Positions 28,627 to 38,582 of a stretch of 64,000 nt of DNA are shown here, in pieces. Below the pieces are notes generated by a model. That model did no database searches and had not been told where the DNA came from. It was given only the letters and a program-made list of their open reading frames with translations. The stretch's first letter is position 1. Each line of letters opens with the position of its first letter. The translations under genes were made by a program, and so were the position numbers. The stretch comes from a virus, in the IMG/VR virus record IMGVR_UViG_3300049893_002759, positions 4,056-68,055 of that record; one strand, given 5' to 3'.

Positions 28627-30537
28627 ATGCCTTTTGAGAATTTACCAGGTATTTTTGATACCAAGCTGGATGGAAGTCTAACCTTGCCATCTACAAACGA
28701 TTCTCCAATCGTTGTTGTTCTTGGTACCTCAGAAAAGGGTGATACCGAACAGCTATTTACTGCTGTTCGTCTACAGGACGCCGCACGTGTTTACGGTAAA
28801 ACTGGAACTCTTATCCGTGGAATGTATGAAGCTGCCTCTACTGGTGCAACCAATATTCGCCTCTTCCGTATCGGAGCAACTGCTGCTTTATTGGAAGATG
28901 TCGGCGATGGTCTCACCATTGAAACAGTAGCTAAAGATGATTCTACTGGTACAGATTTTAAAATCTGGTTTGTCGCTGCAAGTGGTCGTCTTCGTGTATA
29001 TCGTTCCAGCGATAGCACTCTAGTGTTTGATTCTGGAGATGGAACCCCCGATTCTAAGGTAGATCTTGGTGAAGTTGTAGTTACTGGTACAGCTACTGGT
29101 GGCATCAATATTGGATCTTCTGCTGCTACAGCAGTAAATCTTGAAGATGTTCCAGGCGTAGATGCTACTACTACCTTCACTGCAGGAACCGACGGCATAA
29201 ACCTCAGCAGAATGGAGCTTTATCAAGCTTTAGATCAAGCTTATGGATTGCTTGAGGATGCAGATCTAGATATGGTTCTTCCAATGAATGTATATCTAGA
29301 CGATAAAAATGTTATGGACATGACACTAGCTACTGCTTCTGGTCTAATGTCTGCTGTTTCCGGATTTTCTTCTATTGAAGTAGGCGGAGACAATGATGTC
29401 CTAGGTAAGCTATATACAGAAGAATTTGATGGACAAAAATACTTCTTCTGGGACGTAGATCGCGACGGTGTAGCAGAAATTGTTCCAACTGTTCGTGGTT
29501 TAACAGCTCCACAGCAAACTGCTCTTAATGCTGGTAACATCAGTATTGCAGCAGTATTAGCATCTGATCCAGCTGATCTTGTTGAAGCAAGTTTTCATGA
29601 AGTAAACTTTGCTTATCAATTAGCTAATTTTTGTTATAGAAGTTCACATCTTAATACTGAAATGCATGGATTAATTGGCGTATTGCCACCAGCAGCTTTC
29701 TCTCCAAGAGAGGTTGCATTGTGGGTTGGTCAAAATCCAGTTACTGAAGTAGATGGAAATGGTGAAGTTCAAATCGTAACCAACGGCAAGGGCCTACTTG
29801 GTAACAAATGGGTAGCCGGACGTATTGCTGAAGGAACTCTTCCAGCTCATATCATTGATGGAGCAGCTCGTGTCAATGGTGGATTTATCGCTACTGACAA
29901 TGGCGAAATCGATGGTATTCAGCTAAAAGATGAAAATGATAGATTGGTTGATATTGGTAAATATCTAGATCTTGTATCTGCATATGTACAACATGTTAAC
30001 CCATCTCGTGCATCTGCTTACGTCGCAACAGGTGCTGCAGCATATGCTGGTTTAATTACACGTTTGCCTGCATCTTCTGCGCCAACCAATAAAGTTGTAT
30101 CTAATGTAAGTTTGCCATTCCGTATTAACAATACTAAACTTGATGCTCTTGCTGGTAAGAGATACGTAGGGTTTGTAGCTAAGCCAAAGGGTGTAGTTGT
30201 AGCTGATGCTCCATCTGGATCACGTCCAGATAGCGACTATAACCGTCGTTCAACAATGCGAATCGTTAAGGCAACTATTGATGTTGTTCGTGAAGTTGGA
30301 GAACCATTCCTTGGCGAAGGCATGACCGGTGCTCAATTGTCCGCTCTTGAAACTGCTGTTCAGCAAGCTCTTGGCGAACTGGTCAAATCAAAACCACCAG
30401 TATTGGTACGTTTTGAAGTTAAAGTAACCGCCAGTGCACTTGAGCGTATTCAGGGTAAATGCAAAGTAGAACTAGTGCTTGTGCCAGCATTTGAACTACG
30501 CCAAATCAATGTCACCGTTGCCCTAGCGGCTGCTTGA
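28627..30537 (+). CDS. Contractile tail sheath protein
   Basis: N-terminal LPGIF, VVLGTSEKG; C-terminal STMRIV...FLGE...VELVLVPAFELRQINVTV is typical of sheath; AGGAGG SD. Confidence 0.88.
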   Translation: MPFENLPGIFDTKLDGSLTLPSTNDSPIVVVLGTSEKGDTEQLFTAVRLQDAARVYGKTGTLIRGMYEAASTGATNIRLFRIGATAALLEDVGDGLTIETVAKDDSTGTDFKIWFVAASGRLRVYRSSDSTLVFDSGDGTPDSKVDLGEVVVTGTATGGINIGSSAATAVNLEDVPGVDATTTFTAGTDGINLSRMELYQALDQAYGLLEDADLDMVLPMNVYLDDKNVMDMTLATASGLMSAVSGFSSIEVGGDNDVLGKLYTEEFDGQKYFFWDVDRDGVAEIVPTVRGLTAPQQTALNAGNISIAAVLASDPADLVEASFHEVNFAYQLANFCYRSSHLNTEMHGLIGVLPPAAFSPREVALWVGQNPVTEVDGNGEVQIVTNGKGLLGNKWVAGRIAEGTLPAHIIDGAARVNGGFIATDNGEIDGIQLKDENDRLVDIGKYLDLVSAYVQHVNPSRASAYVATGAAAYAGLITRLPASSAPTNKVVSNVSLPFRINNTKLDALAGKRYVGFVAKPKGVVVADAPSGSRPDSDYNRRSTMRIVKATIDVVREVGEPFLGEGMTGAQLSALETAVQQALGELVKSKPPVLVRFEVKVTASALERIQGKCKVELVLVPAFELRQINVTVALAAA

Positions 30538-30556
30538 TAAGAGGAGATGACGAATA

Positions 30557-31243
30557 ATGGCTACAGCAACTAAGGCTATAGGTCAGTCCTACAATTCATT
30601 TTCAGGAATTGACATCAAAGCCGTTTTTAACAACGTAGTACTTGGAGAATTGCAAGCAATTAGCTACTCTATTACTCGTGAAAAAGCCCCAATTTACACC
30701 ATGGGCTCTGCTGATCCACGTGCATTTGGACGTGGTAAACGCGGTATTGCAGGTACAATGATTTTTATTGTATTTGATCGTGGTGCTCTAATTGGAACTT
30801 TTGGTGCATTTTCTCGTAATCCAGGAAGCAGATTAAACTTTTCTGCTGATAAAGAAGAACTTCGCTCTCTGCAGGCTGGAATTAGCCCTAATATTCAAGC
30901 AGGCATTCAAGAAAGTCGTCGTCTTCTAGAAGAGGCACGTAATGAGTCTCCACTCACAAATGTTGGTGGTGATCAAGCAATTACCGCTCCATGGTATGCT
31001 GATCAAGTACCTCCATTTGACGTAACTCTTGCTGCAGCAAACGAGTATGGTGCGCTAGCTGTAATGAGAATTTTCCAAGTGGAAATTCTTAATGAAGGAT
31101 ATGGTGTCTCTATTGACGATATCGTATCTGAACAACAGATGACTTATGTTGCACGTCAGGTTATTAACTGGCAACCAATTGACAATCCAAATATTGATAA
31201 AATTGGTACTGCTACAGAAGTTTCAGCAGCTGAAGAAGGTTAA
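30557..31243 (+). CDS. Tail tube protein
   Basis: Follows sheath; SFSGIDI...ELQAISYSITREKAPIYTMG...GKRGIAGTMIF; followed by a terminator. Confidence 0.78.
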   Translation: MATATKAIGQSYNSFSGIDIKAVFNNVVLGELQAISYSITREKAPIYTMGSADPRAFGRGKRGIAGTMIFIVFDRGALIGTFGAFSRNPGSRLNFSADKEELRSLQAGISPNIQAGIQESRRLLEEARNESPLTNVGGDQAITAPWYADQVPPFDVTLAAANEYGALAVMRIFQVEILNEGYGVSIDDIVSEQQMTYVARQVINWQPIDNPNIDKIGTATEVSAAEEG

Positions 31244-31265
31244 TTAAGTAACATAACCTAAGAAT

Positions 31266-31298
31266 AAAGCCACGCAATTACGCGTGGCTTTTTCTTTT
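31266..31298 (+). terminator. Rho-independent terminator after tube gene
   Basis: AAAGCCACGC-AATTAC-GCGTGGCTTT followed by TTCTTTT. Confidence 0.85.
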
Positions 31299-31314
31299 GT
31301 TGTAGAATCAATAT

Positions 31315-32511
31315 ATGGCTAACATATTTAAAGGCGCACCAAAAACTAGTATTCTTAATGGCGAATTTGCCTTAGAGCAAAATGCTATGGCAGATTTTGC
31401 TACAACAATTGATGCTGAACAACAAAAACTCAAAGCTCAACAAGAACAGCAAAAGAAGATTTTAAATTTTAATGGATCTTCTTATTCTGGAGCTGACATT
31501 AGAGTGTTAGTACACAAATATGAATCTCCTACCGTAGATTTAAAAGCTGATATTGAACGAGCAATCGCTGTTTATAGTCAAATACAAGATGTCTTTTTTG
31601 ATCTAAATACTCAAATTATTCCTAATATTAAAATAGCTTCTATAGCTCTCCATCGTGGAGAGATAACAAATATAGCTTATCAAATTGCTATTAAAACTTA
31701 TCGTGATGCTGTAGTTAGAATTATTGGTTTAGAAAATACTATTAAAGATAGCGGCTTTATGCAGTTTATAGGTACTTCCCTTTCTGGACGTCTTGTAGAT
31801 ATTCAACGCAATCCTGATGCTGTTACAGTTGAGTTTGACAATACCCTTCGTTACATTGATGATCTTATTCGCGGATGGCAAAGCCAAGCTAATTCTCTTG
31901 GTAGTCGAGTTGGCGATTTCCGAACTACAAAAGTATTAGCTGAATTACAAACTATATCAATTAGTACATTTCGAGAAAAAACAGCTGTAAGAGCTTGTGG
32001 TCGTGTAGGAGTGAAAGGATACACTCGTGGTCCTCGTACAATTGCGGGCTCTATGATCTTTACTGTATTTGACAGAAATGTTCTTTTTGAATTATTAGAT
32101 ACTTCTCAACATGATGCTGATGATAAATTTAGAGCAGCCATTAAAGATCAACTTCCACCTATTGATATTACCATTGCATTTGCAAATGAATATGGTGCAT
32201 TATCTAGAATGGGTTTATATGGAGTAGAATTTGTAAGTGAAGGACAAACAATGTCTATAGAAGATATTATTCTAGAAGATGTATGCCAATTTGTAGCCAG
32301 AGATGTAGATCCAATGACTCCAGTAGTAAACGACCAAGGCGAACCATATAATATTATTCTCAATAATTACAATCAAGCAGTAGCACTAGGTCGCGGTGCA
32401 ACCCCTATTACCGATCTTAGAGCTTCTGATTTGCGTGGAACAGAATGGGATCTACGTACAGGTAACAGTCCAGAAAAAAGATTTCGTGATCGTCAGAATC
32501 CATTTTTCTAA
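31315..32511 (+). CDS. Tail tube paralog with helical insertion (possible tube initiator)
   Basis: SYSGADI...ELQTISISTFREK...RGPRTIAGSMIFTVFDR...DQLPPIDITIAFANEYG, homologous to 30557..31243. Confidence 0.72.
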   Translation: MANIFKGAPKTSILNGEFALEQNAMADFATTIDAEQQKLKAQQEQQKKILNFNGSSYSGADIRVLVHKYESPTVDLKADIERAIAVYSQIQDVFFDLNTQIIPNIKIASIALHRGEITNIAYQIAIKTYRDAVVRIIGLENTIKDSGFMQFIGTSLSGRLVDIQRNPDAVTVEFDNTLRYIDDLIRGWQSQANSLGSRVGDFRTTKVLAELQTISISTFREKTAVRACGRVGVKGYTRGPRTIAGSMIFTVFDRNVLFELLDTSQHDADDKFRAAIKDQLPPIDITIAFANEYGALSRMGLYGVEFVSEGQTMSIEDIILEDVCQFVARDVDPMTPVVNDQGEPYNIILNNYNQAVALGRGATPITDLRASDLRGTEWDLRTGNSPEKRFRDRQNPFF

Positions 32512-32530
32512 TCAATTTGAGGTGTAATCA

Positions 32531-33352
32531 ATGCCAACGCCAAATCAATTTAGTAATGTTTATGATCTAGAGTACTTTTCTGGTGCTCAAATGAATATGT
32601 ATATTGGCGATGTATTAATCGATGAAGTAACTTCTCTAGAAGTTAAAGTGCATCAAAAAAAGATGCCTGTATACGGATATGCATCTCAATTGTTTGATAA
32701 AGTTGCTGCTGGAACTATTTTAGTGGAAGGTTCATTTACTATTAACTATAAAGAATCTGGATATCTTTATACAGTATTAGAAAGATATCGATCTTTAATT
32801 AAAGGTGGACACAGCAATAAGCAATCTCCTTTTATTAGCCAAGACGCTTTATCGCAAATTTCTAAAAATAGAACAGGTGGAGCTATTAGTAATAACCAAA
32901 AAGGATTTTTGCGTCGTCAAAATATTGAACAAATTAATGCATCAGTAGAAGAAATTATTAGTGGTAAAAATATAAATGGCGACAACATTCGACCTGAAGA
33001 GCTAATAGATTATTACAACTCTATTACTGGATTCAATAATAATTCTAGAGCAAGAAATGGCAGCGCACCAGGAGCCTTACCGCCCACAGAAGCAATCTTC
33101 GAAACTTTTGAAGATAAAATTTGGGGATCTGAAGATTTAAATAGAGATTCTGAAGGTCGCCGTGGAGATTCTAATCGATTTGATGATTTTACTATCTATG
33201 TAACTATGGGTGATTATAATCGTAATGATAGAGTTAATCACACGGCTAAACGTATTGATAATGTTCACCTACTTGGACAAGCACAAACTATCGCAATTAA
33301 TGGAGAGCCTATTGCAGAAGCATATTGGTTCTTTGCTAAAAATTTCGTATAA
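32531..33352 (+). CDS. Third, more divergent tail tube-like protein
   Basis: YFSGAQM...KMPVYGYAS...GTILVEGSFTINY...YWFFAKN. Confidence 0.6.
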   Translation: MPTPNQFSNVYDLEYFSGAQMNMYIGDVLIDEVTSLEVKVHQKKMPVYGYASQLFDKVAAGTILVEGSFTINYKESGYLYTVLERYRSLIKGGHSNKQSPFISQDALSQISKNRTGGAISNNQKGFLRRQNIEQINASVEEIISGKNINGDNIRPEELIDYYNSITGFNNNSRARNGSAPGALPPTEAIFETFEDKIWGSEDLNRDSEGRRGDSNRFDDFTIYVTMGDYNRNDRVNHTAKRIDNVHLLGQAQTIAINGEPIAEAYWFFAKNFV

Positions 33353-33370
33353 TAATTTGAAGGAGGTTCC

Positions 33371-33778
33371 ATGGAACCAGAAGAAATAGTGGAAGAAGAA
33401 AAGAAAGAACCAAGTCTTGCAGATAGGCTTCGTTCTCTGTTTGCAGAATTTGATAACGCACCAACTGCAGCTGATATTGAAGCTTTAAAAGCGAAATATG
33501 GAGATGTGTTTCTTTCAGCTTTAAATGATGATGAAATGTTTTTATTTCGTGCTGTAACACGAAAGGAACATCGTGCAGCAAATACTGCTATTGCTGAAGG
33601 AAAATTACAAGGCGATCTTTTCGAAGAAGAAATTGTAAAAACTTGTTTACTATGGAGATCTTCATCTGAAGACCTAGGAAATAAAGCAGGTACTATTCCA
33701 TCTTTATTTGAACAAATTATGCAAAATTCGAACTTCTTAGCACCACAACTATTAAGTAATTTAGTAACTAAGTTGTAA
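33371..33778 (+). CDS. Putative tail assembly chaperone
   Basis: AGGAGG SD; small acidic protein KAKYGDVF...FRAVTRKE between tube and tape-measure-like genes. Confidence 0.6.
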   Translation: MEPEEIVEEEKKEPSLADRLRSLFAEFDNAPTAADIEALKAKYGDVFLSALNDDEMFLFRAVTRKEHRAANTAIAEGKLQGDLFEEEIVKTCLLWRSSSEDLGNKAGTIPSLFEQIMQNSNFLAPQLLSNLVTKL

Positions 33779-33780
33779 CA

Positions 33781-34764
33781 ATGCATGAAAAGATCGTTGG
33801 ATATAGACGTCGCTATGGCGATAACTGGCTAACAGTGTTTCCAAATAATTTAGAAATACCTTGGAGGCAGCTAACTCTTCAAGAATTTCTAGATTATGAC
33901 GATCTTTTTCGTTCAGGCAGATATACAGCAGTTGAAATAGAAGATGAAATCTTTTGTACTGCTGTACTTGAGCCTATCTATCCTAATAATCTTGATATAC
34001 TTCCTGCCGGTATAGTTAGTGTAGTTGTAGCTCAAATTCTTTATGTGTCAGGACCGACTAGTCCTGAACAAATTAGCAATGATTTAAACATTGCTCGTAC
34101 TCAAGTACAAGACTTTATTTCATCGGCTGTAACACTTATTTGTTCAGTTTATCCTGCATATAAACCAGAAGAAGTATTTAATTTGAAATACGATATCTTC
34201 ATGAAACGTCTTGCTATGGCAGAGAAACGCCTTCTAGAATTAGGTATATTGCGTGAACCATTAGTTATTGAATCAGCATCATCTGATCAAGCAGTTGCAT
34301 CTGAACAGCAAGAATTACCTTCTCAGAGAAAACGCAGAGAACTTTTAGAAGCTCAACGTCGCAAAATTGAATCTAAATTACAAGACCTTAATCAAAATAC
34401 TAAACATCCAGAAGGCGTAATTACTCACAATCAAATGAGTGATACAGCCCTTAGTTTTGTTCCGGACTTAAGTAATGATCCTCGTGATTATGAGTTGAAT
34501 AAATTAAAAACTGAACAAGCCAAAAAAGAAGCTCTTCAAGGTCTTGAAGCTATTTATCCTGAATACTTTAAGATAATGAAAGAAGGTAAAAAATTAACTC
34601 CTGAAACTATTCAACAAGTTAAAGGAAGTTCTAATGCAGAAGTTAAAGAGCGCTATAAAGAATATGTTGCTAAAGTTACTTCTGGTGAAATTAAAATTCC
34701 TGCTTCTGTACAAGAACCAATTAAACCAAAAACTCCTGGTAAAATAAAAGTTAAGAGGCGTTAA
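33781..34764 (+). CDS. Second putative tail assembly chaperone (N-terminal domain paralogous to 33371..33778)
   Basis: RYGD...WRQLTLQEF...EDEIF...PAGIV...QILYVSG aligns with KYGD...FRAVTRKEH...EEEIV...KAGTI...QIMQNSN. Confidence 0.55.
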   Translation: MHEKIVGYRRRYGDNWLTVFPNNLEIPWRQLTLQEFLDYDDLFRSGRYTAVEIEDEIFCTAVLEPIYPNNLDILPAGIVSVVVAQILYVSGPTSPEQISNDLNIARTQVQDFISSAVTLICSVYPAYKPEEVFNLKYDIFMKRLAMAEKRLLELGILREPLVIESASSDQAVASEQQELPSQRKRRELLEAQRRKIESKLQDLNQNTKHPEGVITHNQMSDTALSFVPDLSNDPRDYELNKLKTEQAKKEALQGLEAIYPEYFKIMKEGKKLTPETIQQVKGSSNAEVKERYKEYVAKVTSGEIKIPASVQEPIKPKTPGKIKVKRR

Positions 34765-34766
34765 CT

Positions 34767-37700
34767 TTGCTAAATATTACCAGAGAAGATTTAATCACTT
34801 TTGCACCAGATCGTCCATATAGAAACTATTCTTGGTCAAGTGGTGATCAAACACAGGTTACTCCTTATGCAACACAAGGCATAAGAGGTGCTGCATTTTT
34901 AGCAGGAGCAGGAGCTACGGTTGGTGCGTTTTCAGTAGCTAAACGTTTTGGTTATAATCCTTGGGATCCTATTTATTCAGGTATTCGTACAGTCGAAGAA
35001 TTGTCTCCAGGACATATATTTCGTACATTTCAATTGGGCAACTTTGTTTCTCAATTTACAACACAAGGGTTAGCTCCACTTGATATTTCTGCAGACTTAA
35101 TACAAAAAACAAAAAACTCTGCTTGGTTTGCTGATCTAGTTCATCGTACTGGACCTGCTACATTATCTGCTACTCAAACTGGATTACAGTTTAGAGATGG
35201 CACTCTTTATGCTGGAGAACAGGTACTACTAGAAAATGCTCGACGAATGACAAGTGTTGGTAGTCCATATTATGCAGCTGCCTACTCTCGCGCTCTTGGA
35301 TTTAAAGGCCTTCCTAATACTACTTTGCCTGATCATTTTCAATTTCAACGCCCACTAGTTGAAGGCCTTACTGAATCTATTTATTTTACTGGTGGACCAA
35401 CACGTGGTCGTGCTGCGTTAACACAATTCCAGGCTATAGCTGGAGAATCTATTGAGCGTGCTAATAGATTGGCAGCAGCACCTTTTGGTATTGAACCATT
35501 CTCAACTGGGTTGAAAGGTGTTGAAGAGTTTTGGGAACGTAACTTTGGTACTCGCTTTACTCTAGCAGTCAAATCAGGTAGTGCTACAGAAACATTAGGT
35601 CGCATGGCTGGAAAATGGGGCGGTATTGGTACTGCAGCTTATCTAGCTTATCAAACTGCTGACTGGGCAACTCGCAATACTGAAATACTAGACAATACTA
35701 TTTTTAATGAAGGTATTACTGCTGGCATTGCTACACTTGGAGTTAAAGCTAATAAATTCGCGTCTACAATAGCTGATATTCTACCTGGTGCTAGAGCATA
35801 TCGTGAAAAACAAGAAGAACTTGCACCAGGTTCTACTAGTTTATTAAAACTAGCAGCATTTCCTCTTACGGGAGCTATGGTTGGCGGTAGTGCTTATTAC
35901 TTTACTGGACTTCGTGAACGCTTAAAAGCTACTAATGAATTAATGGAGAAAGGCTTATCATATACTCAGGCTCTTCCTTTAGCTGAACAACGTTGGCTAG
36001 AAACTAGTACTAGTTTTATTGAAGACAACCCATTGACTCGATTACTAGAGTCTAAATTTGGGAAGAATATTCCATTTCTTGGAAAAATTACCCGTCCTAA
36101 AGGATTTGCTTTATTAGGAGCATTAGCTCTTACTGTGCCAGTCTTACCGTTTCTTCCTGGAGCTTTAATTCCAGAAAAGACTAGTGAGGAATTAGACAAA
36201 ATTTACTCTGGTCAAGAAGAAGTTGCTGTTAGAAAGGGACGCTTTTGGGAACTTGGTCGTTCACCTTATGAAGGCGGGAAAATTGAATATTTTCGCCCAC
36301 ATTGGTACGCACGCTTGATGCAACGATCTTATGGTAAGTCCATGTATGACAATCAAGATCCAAATCCAATTGTTCAATGGGTAAAAGAAAACTTTACGTA
36401 TGATGTAGAAAAAGAACATTATTATGATCGTCCTTATCCAATTACAGGAACTGCTTTTGAAGACATTCCTCTAATAGGTCCTATTCTTGGAGCAACTATT
36501 GGTAGGATTATTAAACCACCTAAGTTAATGCATACAGAAGAATGGTTAAAGCAAGGTAGTTCATCTAGGCTAGATGAAGAATCTGAAGTATTACGTACTC
36601 CTGGTCGTTTAGGTGAACAAGCTCCACTTGTAAACGATGCATCTCGTGGAACACCAATTGATCCTAATTCTCTTCGTCAAGTTGCTGGCGAACAAGCATA
36701 TCGTTTGACAGAACTTTCTGGTTTAATTGGCTTTACGACTTCAGCTTTAAAAGGTGCAATTACTGGTGAACAAGAATTCTTTGATCAAGAAGAAGTTCTT
36801 CAATCTGCTAGAAGGATGTATGGAGCTGAACGTTCTTTTTGGGATCTAAATATGGGTGGCGCTGCATTTACTAACGAACTTTTTCGTCGTATGTATCCAC
36901 ATAGACGCAGACAAATCGAAGAATATAATCCAATTAGAAATACTATGCCAGATTGGATGCCAGGTCCCGGAGAAAGATCTGCTGATTTTTTACATGGTGA
37001 TCCATTTACTAAAGTTCAAGAAGGAGAAATGCGCCTTCCTGGTGAAGGATACGCAGCTCGTTTCCCTGAATTATCAGGAATAAATCCTGAAGACTATCCT
37101 CTTATTCATAAATATAAGATTCTAGCTGATATTGCACCATATGCAGATCGTACTAAAGCTTTAGGTGCTAAACTTACTGGCCTTGCTAATGCTGGGTCTT
37201 TGTCTGAATATGAACTTAATTTATTACAACAAGTTAAACGTCAAGGTGCAGAACGTAAAAAAACTAAATCTTTTTATCAATTTGAAGTAACTGGTGAATC
37301 ACCAGATTTAACGCTCCCAGAAGAACTGGGCGCTACTCAGTCTCGTGCTGCTGTTGCGGCACTTAATCGTATTCTTGCTGCTAAACAAGATGAAAAAATT
37401 AGTCCAGCACGTTCTGTAATTGGTGGATATTGGGAATCTTTAGCTAAAGCTTTACAAAACCCATTAGAAGCAATTGTACCTGTTGCTCCTGGATCTAAAC
37501 TTCTTAACATGAAGTCAGCTATTCAGGAATATAAACAAACACAAGTATTTGGTCCTGATATAGCATTTTGGGAACATCCAATTGAAAATTTTATTCGTCC
37601 ATTTATACGTGAGACAGCAGACCTATTTGCTGATCAGCCAGTTCCAGAAGAGGTACAAAAGAAACGTGGTATAGAAGAATATTTCGATATTTTAGAATAT

Positions 37701-38582
37701 ATAAAAAATAAACGACTGGCTGAAGTAGCTCGGACATCAGGTGCATCTGATGTATCTGGTGCTTATGAGCGTATGGCTACTGAAACATCGGTGGGCATTA
37801 ATCCATATACTCGAAATTATTCTGCGCTTTTTCGTTCTCTTCCACGTAGTGAACGAGATTATTTTCAAGAGTTTGCTGGAGCAAAAACACAAGAAGAACG
37901 TCAACAAATCCTATCATTAGTTCCTCCTAATTTACGCAGAATTTACGCAGCTCAATGGGAGCAGCAATATGCTGATACTTTAAAAAACGCTCTTGATCGT
38001 GAGCTACTATCAGGTGAAGCAGCTCAAGCAGCACAAAATGATCTTCAAGCTTTTTATAATAAGAAAGCTACTGAAGGTTTTCCTGTTAATGATTCATTAA
38101 TTGATAGATATCAAGATGAACGTGAAGATGAAGAAACATATGCTGATTGGTTTAGACGTTCTGTTTTAATTCCTGGTGTCGTTGGTGAAGAAGGAATTCC
38201 TGGCCCTGACTGGGTAGGATGGCATCCTGGAATAGACTTAGATGAAATTAAACTCAAAGTAGTTAAAAATGAAGCTATGGATATTCATGACTTTAATCTT
38301 TGGTCTTCAGATGAAAGATCTGTTAGTCGCAAGTCTTACTTAGATGATGTTACAGAAGACTTAATTGAAAATGTAATTTCTAATGAAAATAATAGTCCTC
38401 AACATGTTCAGCAAGAAGTGCGTAAAATATTAGCTGAACTTGGTATTGGTTCTAATGCACAAATATTTGTATATGAAGTGCCTGATAATCGAGAAGAGAC
38501 TAAAATACAAATACAAGCTTCTGAATTACGAGATCGAGAAATTCGTGAAGTTCTAACAGAGAGGTTAAACGAACTTGGCTAA
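34767..38582 (+). CDS. Tape-measure-like / internal virion protein (1271 aa)
   Basis: TTG start with GAGG SD; follows the chaperones; several hydrophobic Gly/Ala segments and a helical composition. Confidence 0.5.
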   Translation: MLNITREDLITFAPDRPYRNYSWSSGDQTQVTPYATQGIRGAAFLAGAGATVGAFSVAKRFGYNPWDPIYSGIRTVEELSPGHIFRTFQLGNFVSQFTTQGLAPLDISADLIQKTKNSAWFADLVHRTGPATLSATQTGLQFRDGTLYAGEQVLLENARRMTSVGSPYYAAAYSRALGFKGLPNTTLPDHFQFQRPLVEGLTESIYFTGGPTRGRAALTQFQAIAGESIERANRLAAAPFGIEPFSTGLKGVEEFWERNFGTRFTLAVKSGSATETLGRMAGKWGGIGTAAYLAYQTADWATRNTEILDNTIFNEGITAGIATLGVKANKFASTIADILPGARAYREKQEELAPGSTSLLKLAAFPLTGAMVGGSAYYFTGLRERLKATNELMEKGLSYTQALPLAEQRWLETSTSFIEDNPLTRLLESKFGKNIPFLGKITRPKGFALLGALALTVPVLPFLPGALIPEKTSEELDKIYSGQEEVAVRKGRFWELGRSPYEGGKIEYFRPHWYARLMQRSYGKSMYDNQDPNPIVQWVKENFTYDVEKEHYYDRPYPITGTAFEDIPLIGPILGATIGRIIKPPKLMHTEEWLKQGSSSRLDEESEVLRTPGRLGEQAPLVNDASRGTPIDPNSLRQVAGEQAYRLTELSGLIGFTTSALKGAITGEQEFFDQEEVLQSARRMYGAERSFWDLNMGGAAFTNELFRRMYPHRRRQIEEYNPIRNTMPDWMPGPGERSADFLHGDPFTKVQEGEMRLPGEGYAARFPELSGINPEDYPLIHKYKILADIAPYADRTKALGAKLTGLANAGSLSEYELNLLQQVKRQGAERKKTKSFYQFEVTGESPDLTLPEELGATQSRAAVAALNRILAAKQDEKISPARSVIGGYWESLAKALQNPLEAIVPVAPGSKLLNMKSAIQEYKQTQVFGPDIAFWEHPIENFIRPFIRETADLFADQPVPEEVQKKRGIEEYFDILEYIKNKRLAEVARTSGASDVSGAYERMATETSVGINPYTRNYSALFRSLPRSERDYFQEFAGAKTQEERQQILSLVPPNLRRIYAAQWEQQYADTLKNALDRELLSGEAAQAAQNDLQAFYNKKATEGFPVNDSLIDRYQDEREDEETYADWFRRSVLIPGVVGEEGIPGPDWVGWHPGIDLDEIKLKVVKNEAMDIHDFNLWSSDERSVSRKSYLDDVTEDLIENVISNENNSPQHVQQEVRKILAELGIGSNAQIFVYEVPDNREETKIQIQASELRDREIREVLTERLNELG

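Noticed and set aside
33740-33790. Programmed -1 frameshift between tail chaperones
   Set aside because: No XXXYYYZ heptamer, and TAA at 33769 closes the -1 frame.
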